The notes beneath the pieces were generated by a model. It did not search any database. It saw only the letters and a list, made by a program, of their open reading frames with translations, and was not told the DNA's origin. Shown here in pieces: positions 1 to 10,204 of a stretch of 64,000 nucleotides of DNA. Source of the stretch: Octopus sinensis (lineage: Eukaryota). A program made the translations under genes and the position numbers. Positions within the stretch are counted from its first letter, which is position 1. Each line of letters opens with the position of its first letter. The stretch covers positions 18,786,001 through 18,850,000 of the forward strand of contig NC_043017.1 of assembly GCF_006345805.1 (NCBI RefSeq), read 5' to 3'.

Positions 1-492
1 TAGAGTCATTCATCCAGATGTGACTGCAATGTCTTGTATTGAATAGTAAAAATTTCCAGGGAATATTACATCTACACAAGTAAATTAGCAATGAAGGTTT
101 TGTCCTTATGTCCATTAATTATAAATTGTTTGTGTTCCTGACATCTGGAAAGTATTACTGGTATATTTCCATCAACAAGACCAAAGTCTTGTTTTGTTAC
201 CAAAGAAGCTACATTAGCTCTCTACCATTTATGGGTGGTGGATAGCATGTTTGGTATTAAGTTACATCCATTTATGTTCTCAGTTCAAATCCCACTACAT
301 TGGTCTTTATCTTTCGTACTACTTTGTTTGTTGTAGATTGAATCCATCCAGAACTTCCCCAAAATGTGTGGCCTTGAGCCAATGTTAGTAATTAATATTT
401 ATTAATTGATGCTGGTCATTTGTAATCCAACAATTTAATAGAAATACTGGGGTTCTGGGTTTAATTGCTAACAGTATGCAGTTTAGTCCATC
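1..492 (-). mobile_element. Degenerate LINE fragment, probably endonuclease (APE) region; second copy at ~30235-30710
   Basis: Minus-strand translation gives ...INY*HWLKATHFGEVLDGFNLQQ, resembling the segment after GDFN in LINE endonucleases. Close direct copy at 30235-30710. Confidence 0.45.
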
Positions 493-1013
493 CGGCAGGT
501 TCCTTTTGCATATGCAAATGGTCATGAATGATAGTTTCCACAGACCCGGTGCTAATCTTGACCTCATGGGCTATTTGGCGTATACTTATGTGTCGATCTT
601 CCAAAATGGCAGCCTCAACTTGACGGACAGATGCCTCATCAATGGCAGAAGGGGGGCGACCAGATCTGGGAGCTGTTTTCACAGAGTTCCGACCACGTTT
701 GAATTCACGATGCCAGCGTTTTACAAGTTCATATGATGGGGCATCATCACCATAAGTTACTTTCATTTCATCAAAAGTCTCCGTTGCTGTGCGTCCTTGC
801 AAATACAAAAATCGGATCACTGCTCGACACTCAACAGGCTCCATTTCACACTTGACTCAGTTCAAACACCTGTAAATCAGAAACCACAATTAGTTCAGAG
901 CTGTAATTTGCCACTTAATCTATAGAGATATAAATAATTGCACATGCAAAGTTTCAGCTAGATCAAACAACTGCAAGTGAGTCAGGGGCATTACTTATTG
1001 AACGTCCCTCGTA
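493..1013 (-). mobile_element. Mariner (Tc1/mariner) transposon, 5' half: TIR plus N-terminal HTH of the transposase (ORF 844 to ~493), truncated
   Basis: ORF has mariner N-terminus (RAVIRFLYLQG, YGDDAPSYELVKRWHREFKRG, PRSGRP). Minus strand reads TA-CGAGGGACGTTCAATAAGTAATGCC from 1013, a mariner-type TIR with TA target site. DDD domain absent. Confidence 0.9.
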
Positions 1014-1105
1014 AGTAGAAGACACTTGCCCAAGGTGTCATGCAGTGGGACTGAACTCAGAACCATGTGGTTGAGAAGCAAACTTCTTACCATACAATCA
1101 AGCAC
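1014..1105 (-). mobile_element. tRNA-derived SINE head fragment (family 1)
   Basis: Reverse complement of the head of the full copy at 14717 (GGTTCTGAGTTCAGTCCCACTGC...CCTTGGGCAAGTGTCTTC). Confidence 0.7.
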
Positions 1106-1119
1106 CTGTGCTTGGGGCA

Positions 1120-1297
1120 CATAAAAACCACCCAGCACACTCTGTAAAGTGGTTGGCATTAGGAAGGGCATCCGGCTGTAGAAACCATGCTAGAACAGAC
1201 AGCTGGAATCTGGACAGCTCCCTGATGGCCAGCGCCGTGTCAAACTGTCCAACCCATGCCAGCATGGAAAGCAGATGTTAAACAATGATGATGATGA
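1120..1297 (+). mobile_element. RTE-tail SINE / RTE 3' end with (GAT)n tail
   Basis: GTGGTTGGCATTAGGAAGGGCATCC...CCAACCCATGCCAGCATGGAAAG...GATGATGATGA; recurs at least 11 times in the window. Confidence 0.8.
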
Positions 1298-1454
1298 CAC
1301 ATAAAAGCACCCAGTATACTTTTGTGAAGTAGTTGGCATCAAGCCATAGTAACCAAGTAAACTGAGACTGGAACCCGGTACAGTTCTCAGGCTTACTGGT
1401 TCCGGTCAATCCGTCTAACGCATACCAGCCTGAAAAATATCACCATGCTAAGTT

Positions 1455-2020
1455 ATCTCACCAATGTTGATATTTTTTATCTTCTTTTTCTATCTTTTGT
1501 TTCAACCATTACACTGCGGCCATGCTAGAGAATCTTTTAGTCAAATTAATTCATCCCAATACTTATCTTCTGTTAAGCACGGTACTTATTCTATCCATCT
1601 CCTTTGTCAAACCACTAAGCTATGGAGATGTAAATACACCGACACCATTATCAAGTGGGGAACAAACAGACATAACTATATATATGTGCCAAGCATGAAA
1701 CTCTTGGACCTTGGGTTACTCTATTGCTTCTGCTAAATATTAATAAAAATATATACTCATATTTTGAGTTCTATTGGTCACCCTAGAGCTGTATTACAAG
1801 ACACTTGCCTAAGATTCCAAGTAGTGGAATCAAACCTGAAACCACGTGGTTACAAAGTGAGCCTCTTGACCACATAGCCATGCCCACGCCTCATAAGATT
1901 AACAAAAAAAAAATTCGGGAGGTGAGTGGATTTGGCAGATGGAAACTGAAAGAAGCCCGTCGTATATATGTATATATATATGTGTATGTGCGTGTTTGAG
2001 TGTCTGTGTTTGTCTGTTTC
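1455..2020. mobile_element. Rearranged pieces of tRNA-derived SINE family 1 (3' part and head on minus strand 1455-1880; middle part on plus 1915-2020)
   Basis: Segments match the 14717-15040 copy. Confidence 0.6.
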
Positions 2021-2024
2021 ACTG

Positions 2025-2290
2025 TTTTTCTTTCCACTAACCATTTCAATTATCGTTATTCCCTCTTATGTGAAGATCAACTCAAAGAGAAAGTATTTCT
2101 TAAGGTCACTTCAATGCATTGTATAATCACAATTTATGTTTATTTCTAGACTTATAAACTTGACGAACTTTTGTCCAACATCGCTAATTTTAAGTGATTT
2201 TGATGTTGCTAGTCAAAGATCAATATTAATTCTCCACTCCATCACAGAATCTAAAACATTAAAAACACAATTGAACAACAGATATATTGG
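2025..2290 (+). repeat. Cluster-specific upstream cassette, part B (isolated copy)
   Basis: Aligns by eye with 5120-5390, 24040-24170, 45990-46200 and 51715-51920. Confidence 0.75.
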
Positions 2291-2699
2291 CATTCTTTCA
2301 ATATAACTCGACAACATCAAAACATTTCACTTTGGGTATTTCAATGGGTTGTGGAGTATAGATATAACGAAATTATGCCAGCAATGTCTCATTTTAAACT
2401 GGAAGGAAAAAAAGACTTGCATATTTGTTCTTACCTGTTTCATGTGTGTATGTAAATTCTGCAAATTTCCAAGCAGAAAACAGAATCGAACTGTCATTTG
2501 CTTCCGCGGAAATACCAGAAGTTTTGATTTTGTCGAGTTATATCGAAAGGATGCTGATATATTTGTGTAAACGTCTATATACAAATATATATTCATGTAT
2601 TGAGTTCTACCAAACACACACACACGCATGCATATAGATAATAGGTGTAGGCTGTATTAGTAGTATATAAGCATGTGGGTTAGTATTCGATATGTCCGA

Positions 2700-2990
2700 C
2701 AGAATTTCTTCTTTACTTCACTCTCTCTCCTTTATATTTGAACACATCAAAACAAACACATGTAGTAGAAAGAGGACACGACCTATACAACGTAGATGTT
2801 GTTTCTATCAATAATACTTACATATTAATACAGAGCCAATGACGAAGATGTCAGACAGGACGATGACAGCTTCAACACAACTTCTATATTTCACAAGAAA
2901 CCTTCATTTAGATTTTCATATCGTCTTAAAGACCGTTGAAGCGATTTCTGTCCACAGTTCATTAGCAACAACCATTTCTATTTAATTGGA
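2700..2990 (-). promoter_or_regulatory. Cluster-specific upstream cassette, part A (CCAAT/GTAAGT core), inverted copy
   Basis: Reverse complement of the GACATCTTCGTCATTGGCTCTGTATTAATATGTAAGTATT core found upstream of most ZNF genes. Regulatory role is inference. Confidence 0.55.
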
Positions 2991-3699
2991 TCCCCTAAAT
3001 GTTAGTTTTAAATTAGATCTGACCCAGTAATAAAGATGTTTATCAAACAACAGATTTAGTTCGTTTTAACAATAAACTGTAAGAACAACTAACTCTTTAT
3101 CTTTTTAAATATATCCTAGTCTGAAATCACCAAGCAGCACGGTGACCTTTTTCTGCAGGAAAATGTACCTCCCTGGCATTGGTGTTTATGAATGTGTGTG
3201 TATCTCTGTACAGATAGACCGCATAATCTGAAATTAATAATAAATACTTTATTTTAAAACTGAAAAACATGTGTCAATTTTACCCAAAATATGAAACCCC
3301 ATTGCTAAATATAATGGAATTCTGAAAATTTTATTTCATATATTAAAAAAAAAAGTACCCGAATATAATTCTGAATTAATTGAATTGGAGACAGAGAATT
3401 TATTCAGTCTGTACATATCTAAAGACTGAAAAGATAAGGGATATAATATAGGGCAGCGTTGTACGCTCCGTTAATTCCGTGTCGCAATTTTAAATTTTTG
3501 CCTTGAAATTTTTTTTTCTTCTCCAATTTGATACTGGAGTTAGCTCCCCTCACATATTATTTTTATAACGGGGCCTCCTCTGTTAATTTCTAGTAATTGT
3601 TTGATAAATGTGTTAGATCTAGTTAACAATTAACATTAAGGGTGTAGAGTACCCGCGGTGCCTGTTTGGATTGTCTCGGGGCTAAACATAAAAGCCGGC

Positions 3700-3889
3700 T
3701 CTGTCTCTGAGTACAAATGTCTTGTTTTCACAAGTTTTGAATTAAAATCTTCCACCAAACCTTAGTCACAATTTATGTTCTTAACACTACTTGAATGATA
3801 ACTAAGTTATTTTACTAAATTCTTTGTTATATTTAAAGTAATAGAAAGAAGCACAGAGCATCTCAAAATAAATACAGTAACGAAAGGGT
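3700..3889 (+). mobile_element. piggyBac-like MITE, 5'-truncated copy of the 60696-60918 element
   Basis: Near-identical to 60730-60918; ends GTAACGAAAGGGT. Confidence 0.6.
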
Positions 3890-3926
3890 CTGCTATCGCC
3901 CACTCACCACTGGTAAAGAGAAGTGT

Positions 3927-4078
3927 TTAACCTTTTAGCATTCAGATTATTCTGTCAAATGTTATCCCTTATTTATTCACAGTGTTTAGAATTAATCCTG
4001 CATTATCTTGTAGCCTCAAGATTTCGATGATGTGGTTGTTTATTTTGAGACTGACATTGTAGGGTAGGTGTGAGGGGC
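3927..4078 (+). mobile_element. MITE-like repeat, 5' part (TTAACC-TTT start, piggyBac-like)
   Basis: Starts TTAACCTTTTAGCATTCAGATT; interrupted by a microsatellite/SINE. Family assignment is inference. Confidence 0.4.
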
Positions 4079-4079
4079 C

Positions 4080-4089
4080 AGTATGTATG

Positions 4090-4122
<33 letters not shown>

Positions 4123-4310
4123 ATATACATACATATATATATGTATGTATATATATGTGTGTGTGTATCAAATCCACTTTCAAAACTTTGGTCGGTACAG
4201 GACTATGATTGTAGAAAACACTTGCCCCAAAAGTCCCAGGCAGCGGACGAACCTGAACCCATGTGATTTCAAAGTGAGTTTTCTAACCACATATTCAGTC
4301 TATAGCTATT
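4080..4310 (-). mobile_element. SINE family 1 fragment with (TA/TACA)n microsatellite at 4082-4165
   Basis: ATCAAATCCAC...AAAACACTTGCCCCAAAAG...GAACCTGAACCCATGTG is the reverse complement of the family-1 head and body. Confidence 0.6.
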
Positions 4311-4569
4311 TTGGCATCTATAACGTTTTGTTTTATAATTTTAAAAAATGTTTTTTTATCAATGATACTACTTTAATAATTTAAACAATCGATGTCTTTG
4401 AGAAATGCAAGTGAAAATTTGACGGATTACTATAAATAACATACTTTTAAGTGTTTACTCATTCGTTTCGGTCGTTGGTAATTGCCGGGTGTATTTTTGT
4501 ACATTCCCCATTAATGTTGGTTCAAGTTTAAATGTCTCAATTCGATGTTCAGCTGCGAAAACTTCGCCG

Positions 4570-5390
4570 ACGAATGTTGTGAAATGTAGAAGTTGTGCTG
4601 AAGCTGTCATTGTCCAGTCTGAGTTGTGACTACTTGAATTTATCTTGACATCTTCGTCATTGGCTCTGTATTATTATGTAAGTATTATTGATAGAAACAA
4701 CATCTACGTTGTATAGGTCGTGTTCTCTTTCTACTACATGTGTTTGTTTTGCTGGTAGAATCGTTAGCACGCCGGGCGAAGTGCTTAGTAGTATTTCGTC
4801 TGCGGTTACGTTCTGAGTTCAAATTTCGCCGAGGTCGACTTTGCCTTTCATCCTTTCGGGATCGATTAAATAAGTACCAGTTACGCACTGGTGTCGATAT
4901 GATTGACTTAATCCGTTTGTCCCCTCTGTGTTTAGCCCCTTGTGGGTAGTAAAAGAAATAGTATTCTAATATAAAAAAAAGAAAGTAAAGAAAAAACTTT
5001 TTTTTACTGAAGTAACGATTTCTTAATCCCCATACGGGTCGGATGTTACATATGTAATAGAAGTGAGTTGAAAAACTTGCTTTACCTAACATTAACTATT
5101 GTTGTCTTAATACTTCCACTGTTCTTCTTTCCAATTAGCTTTTCAGTTATCGGTATTCCCCTATATCTTAACCTCAACTCAAAGAGAAAGTTTATATTTT
5201 TTAAGGTCAATTGTTTAGTCATCTTTACCTTTCTTTGTAGCATAAAAACTTGACAATTTTTGACCAACATCGTTAATTATAAATGATTTTGATGTGGTTA
5301 ATCAGAGATCGACATTAATTCTCTGCACCATCACAGAATCTGAAATAAATGATTAACAATATTTAAACAACAAATAAAAGTATCTGTGTA
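4570..5390 (+). promoter_or_regulatory. Upstream cassette (A+B) of ZNF-A, split by a SINE at 4749-4962
   Basis: Contains CTTCGTCATTGGCTCTGTATTATTATGTAAGT; the cassette sequence resumes after the SINE as in uninterrupted copies. Confidence 0.6.
4749..4962 (+). mobile_element. tRNA-derived SINE (family 2)
   Basis: B-box-like GTTCTGAGTTCAAATT followed by GAGGTCGACTTTGCCTTTCATCC; other copies at 62545 (+), 60270 (-) and 38640 (-). Confidence 0.75.
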
Positions 5391-5940
5391 GCAGTAGACA
5401 AATACTGCGCGCGCGCCAGGTGGTGGGGCAAAATGAGTAATTTTTCAATTTTATTCGTTTTTTTTTGTTTGTTTGAAATTATTACATAGTGAGTATTGTA
5501 TCGTTGTTTTGTGCTTTCACTTCATCTTTAGGAGTCGAGATTGATCAGCATAGTTGTCGAAGTTGAGAGAGTTTGAAACGGGTAACAGATACTTTTTTTT
5601 TCTAAGAAATTTAGGTAAGATTGTTCAAAAAGAGTCACTGAATGTCTCCTAAATTCTAAAGTATGGTGTTTTATTGTATACAGTGTACTGTATAAAACTG
5701 TAATTAGCTCAGTTTATTTAGTCTTATGTAAAATAAGGACTTTGTTAATTAGGTGAATTTAATTTCATTTCTGTGATTATGTATACATCCAATACACACA
5801 GACAGAGGCTGATATCGATGAGAAATAAAAGTCAACTGAAGCCTGAAACAGCTTGTCAATAAAGAAGAAATGTAGTAAAACGTCCACTGTTGAATGTCTA
5901 CTTCTTAAATATCCTCTCTATTTTATATTTTTTCTCTTTT

Positions 5941-5970
5941 CTTTCAGAATATCAGATGACATTGGTGTAA
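5941..5970 (+). promoter_or_regulatory. Splice acceptor of the ZNF-A coding exon (AG at 5946-5947) and micro-uORF ATG ACA TTG GTG TAA (5956-5970)
   Basis: Polypyrimidine tract plus TTTCAG|AATATCAGATGACATTGG, conserved about 350-570 nt before the ATG of all 8 genes. Confidence 0.75.
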
Positions 5971-6293
5971 CGGAATTATTTACTTCAGATCCATCAATAT
6001 CTTTAATCTTTTAAAAACCAAAGGAAGATTCTTTGATAAAGTTGTTTGGAAATATTTGCTCTGAACTGAAATTATTTGCAAAATTTCTCTATGTCACCGT
6101 CTAAAATATGTGTGAACTTATTTTATATTCTGATAAAAAGTTGGATTATGAAGGAATATGCAGCATCTTCAAGTATCAACAAAGATTACAGTTGAATGAA
6201 AATGAAATATAGTGGAAGAATATGTGTTAGGAATAAAAAGATACTAATAAACAGAAGGAAAATATTTGAATATTGTAGTGACAGAGAAAAATA

Positions 6294-7817
6294 ATGGATG
6301 TTAAATTAGATGAGAAACAGGACCTGTGTGACACTCTCACTCAAAGTATTTGTGTCCCTGATGATAGAATGAAAAAGAAAGAAAAAGGGTTCTACCAATG
6401 TGATTTCTGTAAGAAGGCATTTGCTCAGAAGTGTTACCTAACTATTCACAAACGTATTCATACTGGAGAGAAACCATACCAATGTGATGTCTGCAGTAAA
6501 TCATTTCCTAGAAGAGATAACCTAACAATTCACAAACGAATTCATACAGGAGAGAAGCCATATCAGTGTGATATCTGCGGTAAATCATTCTCAGTAAATG
6601 GTTCTTTAATCAATCACAAACGAATTCATACAGGAGAGAAGCCATATCACTGTGATATCTGTGGGAAATTATTTTCTCAAAATGGTGACTTAACTCAGCA
6701 TAAACGCATTCATACAGGAGAGAAACGATATCACTGTGAGATATGTGGTAAATCATTCTATGAGAAGAGTGATGTAACTAAACATAAAGTTATTCATACA
6801 GGGGAGAAACGCTATCACTGTAATATCTGTGGGAAAGCATTTTCTGCAAGCAGTGGCTTAACTACTCACAAACGTATTCATACTGGAGATAAACCATACC
6901 ACTGTGATATTTGTGGTAAAGCATTCTCTAGAAGTGGTAACATTAATATTCACAAACGTATTCATACTGGAGAGAAGCCATATCGTTGTGATATCTGTGG
7001 TAAATCATTTTCTGTAAATTGTCAATTAACTAATCACAAACGTGTTCATACAGGTGAAAAACCTTATCACTGTGATGTCTGTGGTAAATCATTCTCTCAA
7101 CAAGGAGACTTAACTAAACATAAACGTATTCATACAGGAGAGAAACCCTATCAGTGTGATATCTGTGGTAAATCATTCTCTCAAAATGGTGACTTGACTA
7201 AGCACAAACGTATTCATACAGGGGAGAGGCCATATGACTGTGATGTCTGTAGAAAATCATTCTCTACAATTGGTGATTTGATTGCTCACAAACGTACTCA
7301 TACAGGAGAGAAGCCATATCACTGTGATATCTGTGGCAAAGCATTTTGTCAGCGTGGTGACTTAAATTCTCACAAACGTATTCATACAGGAGAGAAACCA
7401 TACCGATGTGATATCTGTGGCAAATCCTTTTGTGTAATTAGTCAATTAATTACCCACAAACGTATTCACACCGGAGAGAAACCATATTCCTGTGATATCT
7501 GCGGTAAATCCTTCTCTAAGAATGATACCTTAACTAAACATAAACACACTCATTCAGGAGAGAAACCATATCACTGTGATATCTGTGGTAAATCATTCTC
7601 TTTCAGTAGTAACTTAACTGTACACAATCATGTGCACACAGGAGAGAAGCCCTATTCCTGTGATATATGTGGGAATTCCTTTTCTAGAAATGATACTTTA
7701 ACTGTGCACAGACACACTCATACAGGAGAGAAGCCACACCACTGTGACATCTGTGGTAAATCCTTCTCCCAAAGAAGTCACTTATCCACACATAGAACTG
7801 TTCATATAAAACAGTGA
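6294..7817 (+). CDS. C2H2 zinc-finger protein ZNF-A, 507 aa, 17 fingers, no KRAB/SCAN/BTB domain
   Basis: 17 C-x2-C-x12-H-x3-H repeats with TGEKP linkers; intact ORF. Confidence 0.95.
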   Translation: MDVKLDEKQDLCDTLTQSICVPDDRMKKKEKGFYQCDFCKKAFAQKCYLTIHKRIHTGEKPYQCDVCSKSFPRRDNLTIHKRIHTGEKPYQCDICGKSFSVNGSLINHKRIHTGEKPYHCDICGKLFSQNGDLTQHKRIHTGEKRYHCEICGKSFYEKSDVTKHKVIHTGEKRYHCNICGKAFSASSGLTTHKRIHTGDKPYHCDICGKAFSRSGNINIHKRIHTGEKPYRCDICGKSFSVNCQLTNHKRVHTGEKPYHCDVCGKSFSQQGDLTKHKRIHTGEKPYQCDICGKSFSQNGDLTKHKRIHTGERPYDCDVCRKSFSTIGDLIAHKRTHTGEKPYHCDICGKAFCQRGDLNSHKRIHTGEKPYRCDICGKSFCVISQLITHKRIHTGEKPYSCDICGKSFSKNDTLTKHKHTHSGEKPYHCDICGKSFSFSSNLTVHNHVHTGEKPYSCDICGNSFSRNDTLTVHRHTHTGEKPHHCDICGKSFSQRSHLSTHRTVHIKQ

Positions 7818-7821
7818 CAGT

Positions 7822-7915
7822 ATCATCATCATCATTGTTTAACATCCGTTTTCCATGCTGGCATGGGTTGGACAGTTTGACTGGGGACTGGCATGCCAGG
7901 AGGCTGCACCAAAAT
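7822..7915 (-). mobile_element. RTE-tail SINE 3' end, a few nt after the ZNF-A stop
   Basis: ATCATCATCATCATTGTTTAACATCCGTTTTCCATGCTGGCATGGGTTGGAC. Confidence 0.8.
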
Positions 7916-7967
7916 CTGGGTTCCATTAACTCTTTAGCTTTCACATTCTATCAAAAAAGAAAAGGGT

Positions 7968-8098
7968 AAAGATCTCCTTCAATCATGAATGACCATGGGA
8001 TTACACCTAGAAAGTTGTCTGGGGCACAAGTCTTAGCAAGGTTGTTTATGGAAGACCAGTAGTTGCCCATGCATACCAGCTTCCACTCTCCATGCCAG
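7968..8098 (-). mobile_element. SINE family 3 fragment
   Basis: Reverse complement of 31090-31222. Confidence 0.6.
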
Positions 8099-8099
8099 C

Positions 8100-8290
8100 A
8101 ATATTGAAATTGCCGAAATGCAAGAAAATAAACAAGAAATAGCTTACAAACTACAGAATTTTCTCAAGAAAACCAAGAGAAAAAGATGTTTTATAAACAC
8201 ATTCTACCAGTATACGAAGTTTAAAAGTGTTTAGTTATAAAGAAATTATTTTTAAAATCTGCCGGTCAAAGCGAAAAGATCCATATTGGG
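8100..8290 (+). repeat. Interspersed repeat (copy at 39890-40035), class undetermined
   Basis: TTGAAATTGCCGAAATGCAAGAAA...GTTTAAAAGTGTTTAGTTA near-identical at both sites. Confidence 0.7.
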
Positions 8291-8729
8291 TTTTTTTCCC
8301 TCATTCATAAATGTCTTTAATCAAGATTATTTTTCTCTCATTTGTAAATACAATATTTTTATGCATATAAGTGCTTTACAATATTCATAGAATTACTATT
8401 GAAGCTTAGGATGAAAACAGTTGGAAGGATCTTAAAAATTGCATGCATAGTCATGGTTGGAATACCTTTAAAACAAATGGGATGGTCATGACTGGAACGG
8501 CAGTGAAAAACTAATTTCTTGACACAATGTCATTTGAGCATATAACATCCAGAATAAATGAATTGGGTGCTTTGCTTGTATTTTGAAAATTTTCCATTTC
8601 AGACACTAAAGTACAACTATATACTCATCTTTTATCATATCAGCCGTCACATGTATCCTTCTTTTGAAAGTATGCTGCTAGTTGAAGGACACTTTGCTGC
8701 TCTTTCTAGCTGCTAATGGATCACATAGG

Positions 8730-8955
8730 GCAGTGGTTCTCAACCAGGGTCCACATGGTGCTTGGGGGTCTCTATAAGATTTCATTGTTAAAATTTATGT
8801 GCAATAAATTGGTTGTATTTCTTCAATGTACAAAATTTTAATTTTTTTATACAATTCCAATATTTAATTGTAAAAAATATGATTTTTTAAAACCTCAAAT
8901 GGCTCCGAGGGTCCATCTGAGTTAAAGAGGAATCAGAGAAGGTCCATAGATTTAG
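8730..8955 (+). mobile_element. hAT-like MITE remnant
   Basis: Starts CAGTGGTTCTCAACC, typical of hAT/Charlie-type termini; 3' terminus not clearly found. Confidence 0.45.
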
Positions 8956-9242
8956 AGGCATCAGTGTTCCTGCCACTTACCTGCTTGGTGATTAACCATT
9001 ACTACAAAGAAATATTTACCAGGGTTTCTTCTTTCAACACCAATAAACACCCAGTGTGTCACTCTTCCCTGACCACAGTGATAATTGTGGTAAAAGGACT
9101 TGCTTTCTTTTATTTCAATACAAAAAGCTCCATTTTATTCATCAAATGGAAATAATTATAACTCATCAGTGTGAAGGGAAGAATTTACATATCATATTTT
9201 GAGGCAAGTGAAATCGAAATCGATCAAAATCAATGGAAATTG

Positions 9243-9487
9243 TAGTTGTGATACCAGTGCCGGTGGCACATAAGAGAACCATCCGATCGTGGCCGTTGCC
9301 AGCCTTGTCTGGCATGTAAAATGCGCCCACTACACTCACAGAGTGGTTGGCGTTAGGAAGGGCATCCAGCTGTAGAAACACTGCCAGATCAGACTGAGCC
9401 TGGTGCAGCCTTCTGGCTTCCAAGATCCTGGTTGAACCGTCCAACCCATGCTAGCATGGAAAGCGAACGTTAAACGATGATGATGAT
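9243..9487 (+). mobile_element. RTE-tail SINE
   Basis: Same consensus as 1120-1297, with (GAT)n tail. Confidence 0.8.
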
Positions 9488-10204
9488 CTTCTATTGCTCT
9501 CAACAGTGTAAAAATGCATCCTACACATTGGTAAGTTTCATTATTTCCATATAGCAAGACTCTTGAGGGAAATTGTGTGTATGTATAGATTGTAGACATG
9601 TTTTTCTGACTTCTTTCTATTGAAACATCAAAATAATTTATTGTCGGGTGGGAAATATCAATGAACAACTATTAAACAGTGACATATATTGTCCAAAGAA
9701 GACTTTACTTTCACCACATCACATAGAAATGTGTTGACACCAAATGATTGGAATTTCAATATTAATTCAATGTAGTTGCTATTGGTTGATTGGGTTTTTT
9801 TGTTTTGTCTTTAAGCTTCCAGATTAATGCCGAGAGTATTGTTTATGTTTCTTCTCACAGTGTCTAAAGGTCAAAAGATGGTTGTTATATCTAGACCTGC
9901 CACTGATCCTATATAATGCTTGATCTCTGTTTAACTGTTGTCAGAGTCAGCTGATATTCATACTTCATAAACAATTGCATTACTGCTCTAGAAGACATTT
10001 AGATTTCTTTTGGTGTGTGCTTCCAGGGCAGGTGTGAGTTGTTAGTTGTTTACTGATATAGGTCTTCACTTTAGGTGTGGTGAAGAAAAAGTAATTTTCA
10101 TTGTGTGCTTGTTAAAAATCTTTCTGTATCTATGGGTGCTAGGGAAGCTAATATCTACTAAGTGCAAGGATCTTGTATCTATATTTATCCGATTGTGTTT
10201 AAGA

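Noticed and set aside
4070-4384. ORFs through microsatellites (4070-4384, 50829-51119, 50911-51117)
   Set aside because: Low-complexity Y/I/M/C repeats from (TA)n/(CA)n tracts.
5795-5860. Hammerhead-like AGGCT...AGCCT-GAAACAGCTTGTC in the ZNF-A intron
   Set aside because: No CUGANGA core in register, no stem I, and not conserved in paralogous introns.
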